A stretch of DNA of 60,271 nt from Deltaproteobacteria bacterium (GTDB taxonomy: Bacteria; Desulfobacterota; GWC2-55-46; UBA9637), in assembly GCA_016195725.1 (NCBI GenBank), contig JACPZB010000066.1, positions 1 through 60,271 of the forward strand, in the 5' to 3' direction. A program made the translations under genes and the position numbers. Below, piece by piece: positions 54,083-60,271 of this stretch. The notes beneath the pieces were generated by a model, which had not been told where the DNA came from, did not search any database, and saw nothing but the letters and a program-made list of their open reading frames with translations. Each line of letters opens with the position of its first letter. Position 1 is the first letter of the stretch.

Positions 54083-55636
54083 TTACTTGATCCTCTCCAG
54101 GAAGAATTTTACCTGTTTATCATTAGATTTTAATGCCAGAGCATTTTTAAATGCTAATTTTGCCTTCTGCTCATCTCCAATTTCATAATAACCCATACCG
54201 AGAGCCTTCCAGAGAGGAAAATCTTCTCCAAATTTCTGAACGCCCTCTTCCAGACGTGTTATTGCCGTCTTTTTATCCTGTAAAAGCTGATAGCAAAGCG
54301 CCAGATAGTAGTAGGCAACCGGTGTGGGTAATACCTGAATTGATTGCTCAAAAAACTGTGCGGCATTCTGGTAATCATTCTGTTTAAAGTGACCGTATGC
54401 CTGAGTCATCAAGTTTCCTGCCTTGCCAAAATCATTCTGCTGATTGACTTTACTTGCAACGGTTGGTTGCTGTTGTTGAGGGGTCCCCTGGGAAGGTGCC
54501 TCAGATATCTCCGTCCCTCCGCCGCTACCCATCGCCTGTACCCTAGCATACACATTTTCATTTATCGGAACGGTGAAGTAAATTTTAAGGAAGGTGTCCG
54601 CATTCAGCGAACCCCCCGCCAGATTAGTCTTTGACTTAAAATCTGAGAAGGCTGCTTTTGTTTTTTCATCTACCTTTCCGTTTATATCAATATCGTAGCC
54701 GTGTAAGTACAGTTTCTCCTGCATCATACTAATTCTACTGGTATCATCCAGCTTCGGGAATCCGCGCATCCAGCTTTTAATCACTATTTCATCAGACACG
54801 GCGTCTTCGCCAAACACCCTCCAGTACGGAATAGCTGCGTATCTTCCCATAAGCTGTATCATGCCTGACTGAACAAGAAGACGGACAGCATCATGTCTTC
54901 CCTGAACTATTTTTTTGCTCCCTTTTGAACCAAAAGTTGGACCGAAAAGTGTAATTCCGAATTCCTGTTTCCTCTGTCCTTTTTGCACTTCCATGCTGTT
55001 TACAACATTCATGCCTGGAATGCCTGAAAGCGTCCTGAAATCTTTTAAATTGAAATCTACTGTAATACGGGCTTTTGTAGCCATAGAAGCATCGCTATGT
55101 TCTATGCTTAGGGTCTGTGATGGCATAACTTTCTTTACTTGAGAGAATTCTGCCTCAGCTCCTACATCTATACCCTTGTCCCATGATTCAAGTGCCCTGT
55201 CAAATTCGGTTATTGCACCAGTTACCACAATATCAGGTATTAACTTATTGCTGAAATCTGAATAACCGGTCTGCTGCATGGACTGAACGAATTCAGGGTC
55301 ATATTCAATGAAAACAACATTTTCGCCCATAGAGTTGAGCGCGCTTTTGACAATCTCTGTTATATTCTGCTGTATTTCACTTCCGGTTGCAACAGACGCG
55401 CCTGTTTTATCAACAATATCTTTCACCATAACCTTTAGCGGTTGCGCCCTGTGAATTTCCATCATCAGGCCAAAAGTCTTTAAATTATCTGTGAAGGCGG
55501 TGACCTTCTGTACAGGGGCAGTCGTCTCCACCGGCACTTCCATACGCTTCGGCTCCATTGTGGCGCAAGACAGTAACAACAATGGTAATGCCAATGAGAG
55601 TAAAACATAGGTAAATCCTCTTGCAACACCTTTCAT
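54083..55636 (-). CDS. Lipoprotein with CsgG-like secretion-channel domain, PG-binding-like segment and C-terminal TPR repeats
   Basis: Lipobox LLLLSC. The block LKVMVKDIVDKTG..TEIVKSALNS, then IVVTGAITEF, ITVDFNLKDFRT and AVRLLVQSGMIQL, is collinear with E. coli CsgG as I recall it. YGHFKQNDYQNAAQFFEQ and related segments are TPR-like. Confidence 0.5.
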   Translation of the reverse strand: MKGVARGFTYVLLSLALPLLLLSCATMEPKRMEVPVETTAPVQKVTAFTDNLKTFGLMMEIHRAQPLKVMVKDIVDKTGASVATGSEIQQNITEIVKSALNSMGENVVFIEYDPEFVQSMQQTGYSDFSNKLIPDIVVTGAITEFDRALESWDKGIDVGAEAEFSQVKKVMPSQTLSIEHSDASMATKARITVDFNLKDFRTLSGIPGMNVVNSMEVQKGQRKQEFGITLFGPTFGSKGSKKIVQGRHDAVRLLVQSGMIQLMGRYAAIPYWRVFGEDAVSDEIVIKSWMRGFPKLDDTSRISMMQEKLYLHGYDIDINGKVDEKTKAAFSDFKSKTNLAGGSLNADTFLKIYFTVPINENVYARVQAMGSGGGTEISEAPSQGTPQQQQPTVASKVNQQNDFGKAGNLMTQAYGHFKQNDYQNAAQFFEQSIQVLPTPVAYYYLALCYQLLQDKKTAITRLEEGVQKFGEDFPLWKALGMGYYEIGDEQKAKLAFKNALALKSNDKQVKFFLERIK

Positions 55637-55748
55637 ATCTATCTCCTCTCTTGAAATGTTTATTTAAATATATCCCAATGCCTTCTTATCAGGCAGATTC
55701 TTTTCGCATCTGATTATAAATCTGAAACAGAATAATCCAAACACCACA

Positions 55749-56815
55749 TTCAATGAGCAATTGCAACACAATGAGATAAGACCTCAAAAGGCATCTGAAA
55801 GTCAAGACACTTTTTGGGTCGGTCGTTGATTAAGATATTCTATACGGTTGAGTTGATGTTGGGTGATTTTAACAGAATCCGTCTTCTTTGACAAAAAGCG
55901 GCGAACTAATCCAACAGCATTCTCAACAGAGCCTTTTCCCAGGCTATGACAAGGATTGCAAAAATAGGCCTGCCCCCGAATGCATCTATCGGGGGACTGT
56001 GTTCCAAGACTTTTATTGGTCTTTAGATGCTCTACATTCTCTGAACCGTTGTCATAGGTTATAGTCCGCCTCATGAAAGGCGGATACGATTGAAGGCTGT
56101 TTTCAATTGCCTGAGATAATAAGGCAGACGACTTTTGTTTGATCTTTTTAAGATGAATGATTTGACTTGTGCGTTCCAGCATAACAGCCACAGCTGCCTG
56201 ACTTTGACGTGATATTATCGTATCGGTTTCCCAATGGCCAGGCTGTTTGCGTTCTTCGACTGATTTTGCTATGTGCTCAATTGACCTTCGCACCGGAATA
56301 TGGCTTGTACACTGTTTACGAGGATTCCCACGTGGCAGTCGTTTCCTGTGGGCATGTGGCAAATAAACTGTTAAATCTTCTTCGTATTGTTTTTTGTTAT
56401 AGATAAACCGGTATATGGCCTCATGACCGATGGATACATTCGGATGATCCTTAGACCATCGTCCTGAGATGAGTTTTGGCGACCAGCCAAGTTTTAGTTT
56501 TTCAACCACATAGGCCATAAGCTTTTGGTCTTTGAGTCTCGGCCGCTGACCCAGGACTTGCATTGTCGCTCTTTTGCGCCTTTATCTGCTTTATGAGGCA
56601 GATAGCAATCATAGACTGGTGATTTGTTGCGTTTCGGTTCCCGTGAGATTGCGCTTTTGTCCCGGTTTATGATTTTCGCTATTTCAGTTATTTTGAAGCC
56701 TTGAGCGCGAAGAACAGCTATCTTCTCTCTCAACGCTTGCGAAGTATTTATAATTTTGCTTGTGCATTCACTTTAGGATACCGTCCTTTCCTAAGTGTTG
56801 CGCTTCCTTATTGAA
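55749..56815 (-). mobile_element. IS30-family insertion sequence (1067 bp) with frameshifted transposase
   Basis: Terminal inverted repeats TTCAATGAGCAATTGCAACAC (55749-55769) and GTGTTGCGCTTCCTTATTGAA (56795-56815) match at 17 of 21 positions. The transposase is split into ORFs 56733-56494 and 56563-55802 (WSPKLISGRW, HWETDTII, TYDNGSEN, GSVENAVGLVRRFL). Confidence 0.8.
55802..56733 (-). pseudogene. IS30 transposase, interrupted by one frameshift near 56560-56580
   Basis: The N-terminal HTH part and the DDE part lie in different frames with a 70-nt overlap of the two ORFs. Confidence 0.75.
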
Positions 56816-56845
56816 CTGGGGAACAAATAAAACGCAAGCAATAGC

Positions 56846-57226
56846 CTATTTGTCCACTATTTGAGTCTTTGGCCCTTTGCTCTCATCAATGATAATGATA
56901 TCGCCTTTTACACTGCCGCCAGGCCCCAGCACCACGCTGTTCATATTTCCTGAGGCATCAGTTTTGCCGCCAGACTTGCTGGATGAACTGCTATCATTGC
57001 TTTGGTCGCTCTTTTTTTGTCTTACCTTTACCTTGCTCTTTGCATCCATCTTCTTGAATTTTATGTTTGGTGAGAATTCACCCATCTCGTGGTCAGACTG
57101 AATATCATCGTCGGTGTATTTTCCAATCTTATCGTCCAGATCGCCTGCAATAGATGGGGTAGAGAGAGATAACGCTATGAATATGGTAAATATGAATATT
57201 ATTGTGCATAGATAAACTCTTCTCAT
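56846..57226 (-). CDS. Small secreted Ser/Asp/Lys-rich protein ending in one unit related to the neighbouring 36-aa repeat
   Basis: Signal peptide MRRVYLCTIIFIFTIFIALSLSTPSIAG. The C-terminal GNMNSVVLGPGGSVKGDIIII parallels ANMGSVGIKGSDVKGAVIN of the repeat protein. Confidence 0.6.
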   Translation of the reverse strand: MRRVYLCTIIFIFTIFIALSLSTPSIAGDLDDKIGKYTDDDIQSDHEMGEFSPNIKFKKMDAKSKVKVRQKKSDQSNDSSSSSKSGGKTDASGNMNSVVLGPGGSVKGDIIIIDESKGPKTQIVDK

Positions 57227-57303
57227 TGTAGTCGCCCCTCTTGTGCTTTTACAGGGATGGGAGTATTCACTCCATCCCACCCCCGTAAAAAACACTAATC
57301 ACC

Positions 57304-57813
57304 TTACTTTACGTTTACTGAACCCATATTGGCTTCGTTGCCTTTGCCGATTGCAATGTTTGCTGAGCCCTTAACATCTGACTTGTTGATAATTGCGCCT
57401 TTAACCTTTGAGCTCTTGATGTTTACTGAACCCATATTGGCTTTGTTGCCTTCACCAATTGCAATGTTTGCTGAGCCCTTTACATCTGACTGATTGATAA
57501 CTGCGCCTTTAACATCAGAACCCTTGATGCCTACTGACCCCATGTTAGCTTCATTGCCTTTGCCGATTGCAATGTTTGCTGAGCCCTTAACATCTGACTT
57601 ATTGATAACTGCGCCTTTAACCTTTGAGCCCTCGATGCCTACTGCTCCCACATTGGCTTTATTGCCTTCGCCGATTGCAATGTTTGCTGAGCCCTTAACA
57701 TCTGACTTGTTGATTACTGCGCCTTTGATGTCTGACCCTGCAAAGGCCATTGCTGCTGTCAAAAACACACCCATACATCCCATAGCTATAATTTTTTTAA
57801 ACATTGGTAACAC
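57304..57813 (-). CDS. Secreted repeat protein; the mature part is exactly four 36-aa repeats (candidate beta-solenoid or functional-amyloid subunit)
   Basis: 25-aa signal peptide ending AFA, then 4 copies of GS(D/K)VKGAVINKSDVKGSANIAIG(E/K)GN(K/E)AN(M/V)GSV(G/N)I(K/E). GGAGG precedes the ATG. Confidence 0.8.
   Translation of the reverse strand: MLPMFKKIIAMGCMGVFLTAAMAFAGSDIKGAVINKSDVKGSANIAIGEGNKANVGAVGIEGSKVKGAVINKSDVKGSANIAIGKGNEANMGSVGIKGSDVKGAVINQSDVKGSANIAIGEGNKANMGSVNIKSSKVKGAIINKSDVKGSANIAIGKGNEANMGSVNVK
57313..57744. repeat. Four tandem 108-bp repeats (coding)
   Basis: Units start at 57313, 57421, 57529 and 57637. High nucleotide identity was read directly. Confidence 0.9.
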
Positions 57814-58078
57814 CTCCTCTTCAGTTTTTTACGAAATTTGCTATAAAGAACTCTATTTTATGATAAAATATTCCTGCTCCACCTCCTTTCGTCATTTAAA
57901 TTATAGTTTACTAGTGTCATAATAATACAATTATAAGATATAAATGTCAATGGAAAATGTGAAACCGTTATTTTTAAGGAGGTAAATGGCCGTGAAGGCC
58001 GCAACTAAAAAAATTCCTTAAATCATCTTAAAGGGCGGCAGGATGTAACCCCTGCCGCCACTAAAACAACTTGAGAAT

Positions 58079-58810
58079 ATGGGAAATGCCCGTTCACATG
58101 CCATAGGATTTCAGATTATTGTCTTTACCATGTTATTACTCGCAGGATGCGCATCTGCTCCGCCGCAGGGTTATTATTCAAAGCAAGGCACGCAAAGGGC
58201 TTATCAAATTGACGGCAAATGGTATTCTCCGGTTGATTCATCAAATGGATATGAAGAGGAGGGGATTGCATCGTGGTATGGCAGAGACTTTCACGGCAAC
58301 AAAACCTCCAATGGAGAAACCTATAACATGCATGCCATGACCGCTGCACACAAGACCCTTCCCCTTGGCACTTATGTAAAGGTTACAAGGCTTGATAACG
58401 GGAAAGAGACTGTTGTAAGGATCAATGACCGTGGGCCTTTTGTGAAAGGGAGGATTATTGACCTTTCTTACAAAGCGGCCTCGGAAGTGGGCATTGCAGA
58501 CAGCGGCACTGCTAAAGTTAAGATAGCGGCTCTGGGAGATGCTGTCGGCGATAAACTTGTAGCAAGGGATTATCAACATGGAAATTTCATGGTGCAGGCG
58601 GGCGCATTCACGGTAAACTCCAATGCGGCAAAATTAAGGGACAACCTCTTGCAACGATATAGTAATGTTTCAATAACTACATACGACAGAGGCGATACGG
58701 TTTTTTACAGAGTCAGGGTTGGCGGCACAGTTAGTTTGAAGGAAGCCGAAAGGCTTAAAAGCAGGTTAGAGGCAGAAGGGGTGGAATCACCGTTTGTGGT
58801 TGCGGATTAA
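58079..58810 (+). CDS. rlpA: Septal ring lytic transglycosylase RlpA (DPBB plus SPOR domains), lipoprotein
   Basis: Lipobox [40 protein letters not shown]......[10 protein letters not shown], and a C-terminal SPOR-like [14 protein letters not shown]. Confidence 0.9.
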   Translation: MGNARSHAIGFQIIVFTMLLLAGCASAPPQGYYSKQGTQRAYQIDGKWYSPVDSSNGYEEEGIASWYGRDFHGNKTSNGETYNMHAMTAAHKTLPLGTYVKVTRLDNGKETVVRINDRGPFVKGRIIDLSYKAASEVGIADSGTAKVKIAALGDAVGDKLVARDYQHGNFMVQAGAFTVNSNAAKLRDNLLQRYSNVSITTYDRGDTVFYRVRVGGTVSLKEAERLKSRLEAEGVESPFVVAD

Positions 58811-58811
58811 A
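58776..58811. repeat. 36-bp direct repeat, copy 1 (last 11 codons plus stop of rlpA)
   Basis: AAGGGGTGGAATCACCGTTTGTGGTTGCGGATTAAA matches 59536-59571 with 2 mismatches. Confidence 0.9.
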
Positions 58812-58822
58812 GGGGGAGATTC

Positions 58823-59221
58823 TCACATCCATTCAACATGAACTTCATCTCTCAGCTTCTTAAATTCCTTGTCGCCGGTAACCAGCGGATAATCCATGCG
58901 CAGCGCAAGGGCAGCGGCAAAACAATCGCCAAAGGCTATGGAATGGTTTGCCTTGAATTGCGCCGCCTGATAAGTGATGTCTCTGTCTATATCAACCAGC
59001 TCGATGGGCAATTGCTCCATGATAAGCAAAGCCTCCTCTGCCTTTTCTTTTCCCTTAGAGCGATACATTGAATAATAGACCTCGCCCCAGTTGATAATGC
59101 TCATCGCAAGGCGGATTCTGCCGTTTTCAGCCTGCTCCAGAATCCGCTCCACCTTTGCCGCCCCGGCTTCATCCTCAAAATAGGCGATGACGGCATAGCT
59201 GTCCAGAATAAATCCCTTCAA
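58823..59221 (-). CDS. vapC: PIN-domain toxin (VapC family)
   Basis: 132-aa ORF with an N-terminal ILDSYAVIAY (Asp), a central E, and a C-terminal FGDCFAAALA..PLVTGD.EF pattern typical of PIN. Confidence 0.8.
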   Translation of the reverse strand: MKGFILDSYAVIAYFEDEAGAAKVERILEQAENGRIRLAMSIINWGEVYYSMYRSKGKEKAEEALLIMEQLPIELVDIDRDITYQAAQFKANHSIAFGDCFAAALALRMDYPLVTGDKEFKKLRDEVHVEWM

Positions 59222-59448
59222 TGTTTTGCCTCTTCCTTTCTGTCTTCAACAAGGGCTTTCAGCGCCGAAGCCCCTGTTCTGAATCTTCCCCGCGCTTCTT
59301 TAACCGGCTCTTTGAGCAATGGTTTCAGGATGATATCCCCGTCCTTATCAAGAACAATCACCCTTGTCCCTTTTGAGATATGATATTTTTTGCGAATCTC
59401 GGCAGGGATAACCACCTGGCCTTTTATGGTTGTCCTTACTATGGTCAT
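59218..59448 (-). CDS. vapB: AbrB/SpoVT-type antitoxin (VapB)
   Basis: 76-aa ORF with a GQVVIPAEIRKKYHISKGTRV swapped-hairpin motif. It overlaps vapC by 4 nt. Confidence 0.8.
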   Translation of the reverse strand: MTIVRTTIKGQVVIPAEIRKKYHISKGTRVIVLDKDGDIILKPLLKEPVKEARGRFRTGASALKALVEDRKEEAKH

Positions 59449-59535
59449 GATATACCTCTTTTGTGTAAGTATTACTTTACAACAATATGTTATAACTATT
59501 TTGCCGGTGTGTCAATGCGATTCTTTAGGCAGGTA

Positions 59536-59571
59536 AAGGGGTGGAGTCTCCGTTTGTGGTTGCGGATTAAA
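59536..59571. repeat. 36-bp direct repeat, copy 2 (non-coding)
   Basis: AAGGGGTGGAGTCTCCGTTTGTGGTTGCGGATTAAA. Confidence 0.9.
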
Positions 59572-59619
59572 AATGCTGGCAATACAGACAGAAAGAACGT
59601 AGACAATCAGATATAGATA

Positions 59620-59657
59620 TTGACAAATGCGCCTTGCTTGTATATATTTAATATATA
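59620..59657 (+). promoter_or_regulatory. Candidate brnTA promoter with an overlapping 17-nt perfect palindrome (possible operator)
   Basis: TTGACA (59620-59625), a 17-nt spacer, then TATATT (59643-59648). TATATATTTAATATATA (59641-57) is an 8+1+8 palindrome that ends 6 nt before the ATG. Confidence 0.45.
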
Positions 59658-59663
59658 CATTTT

Positions 59664-60024
59664 ATGGAAGAACGAGATACGAAAGACCTGTTGTCATATA
59701 TTGAAGGTTTTGATTGGGACAAAGGAAACATTACCAAAAACTGGGAAAAGCATAAGGTCAGCCATAGTGAATGTGAAGAGGTGTTTTTCACCACCCCGTT
59801 TGTTGTAAAGGATGATGAGCCTCATTCTTCCGTTGAAGACCGTTATTATGTGTTAGGCAAGACTGATAAAGACTGTGTTAGGCAAGACTGATAAAGACAG
59901 ACTGCTTTTTATCGTTTTTACTATAAGGAAAAATAAAATAAGGGTCATATCAGCAAGGGATATGAACAGAAAGGAGATAAAGATTTATGAGCAAATTGAA
60001 AAAGATGCCAAAATTCAAGAGTGA
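59664..60024 (+). pseudogene. brnT: BrnT-type (DUF497) toxin gene disrupted by a 25-bp tandem duplication
   Basis: FDWDKGNITKNWEKHKVSHSECEEVFF...RYYVLGKTDKD, then a frameshift. The +1 frame continues RLLFIVFTIRKNKIRVISARDMNRKEIKIYE, the normal BrnT C-terminus. Confidence 0.75.
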
Positions 60025-60265
60025 AAAAGAAGAGACTGAATTCTGGGCCACCCATGATTCAACGGAATATATTGATTATTCTAAAGCAAGGAGGGTTATG
60101 TTTCCGAATTTAAAACCATCTACCAGAACCATATCAATCCGGCTGCCCGAATCGCTTTACGAGCATCTGAAAGTGTTGGCAAACAAGAGGGATGTTCCTT
60201 ATCAATCGTTGCTCAAGATGTTTCTGGCAGAGAAGGTGGAAGACGAACTGCATGCTGTAAAATAA
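59987..60265 (+). CDS. brnA: BrnA-type (RHH/CopG-like) antitoxin
   Basis: 92-aa ORF with FKSEKEETEFWATHDSTEY and ISIRLPESLYEHLKVLANKRDVPYQSLLKMFLAE motifs. It overlaps the brnT 3' end. Confidence 0.8.
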   Translation: MSKLKKMPKFKSEKEETEFWATHDSTEYIDYSKARRVMFPNLKPSTRTISIRLPESLYEHLKVLANKRDVPYQSLLKMFLAEKVEDELHAVK

Positions 60266-60271
60266 AGAGGG

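Noticed and set aside
57313-57744. The regularly spaced 108-bp repeats as a possible CRISPR array.
   Set aside because: The units are contiguous with no unique spacers. They are in frame and encode the 36-aa protein repeat. No cas genes are nearby.

Overview
This is a 60.3-kb bacterial chromosomal window. It is compact, has moderate to low G+C, and is rich in hairpin-type intergenic repeats. It looks like an uncultured anaerobe, but the lineage cannot be resolved by eye.

The backbone is housekeeping: apbC/mrp, a ferredoxin, mntH, rlmN, rplM-rpsI, argC, an M50 protease, LemA/HtpX-like, a MATE pump, etfBA, tdh and kbl, PP-loop sulfur-transfer enzymes, mtnP, two-subunit pyruvate carboxylase, priA, def/fmt, a U32 peptidase, rlpA, and tRNA-Ala(GGC) and tRNA-Ser(UGA).

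Five accessory segments stand out:
1. A visibly G+C-richer block of about 8 kb (27.1-35.4 kb). It encodes an HAO-family octahaem cytochrome, a tetrahaem cytochrome, a heptahaem-c/cytochrome-b fusion, a pentahaem cytochrome and, directly downstream, an Amt ammonium transporter. That is 24 CXXCH motifs. The residue aligning with the HAO cross-link tyrosine appears to be His. The block lies downstream of a roughly 1-kb non-coding leader, carries three copies of a 36-nt hairpin element, and ends next to a remnant of an efflux adaptor gene.
2. A minus-strand candidate fibre/functional-amyloid locus (54.1-57.8 kb). It contains a secreted protein whose mature part is exactly four 36-aa repeats with a curli-like GxGNxA core, a small secreted protein carrying one repeat-like unit, and a CsgG-like lipoprotein. 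A frameshifted IS30 element splits the locus.
3. A 4.1-kb mosaic insertion between tdh and kbl. It contains an MNT/HEPN pair, a G+C-rich block and an orphan RHH gene.
4. A decayed kinase gene running into an IS481 remnant.
5. A vapBC cassette flanked by 36-bp direct repeats of the rlpA 3' end, followed by brnTA with brnT broken by a 25-bp tandem duplication.

No CRISPR array and no rRNA genes were seen. All similarity statements come from motif reading by eye and from memory of the families. No search was run.
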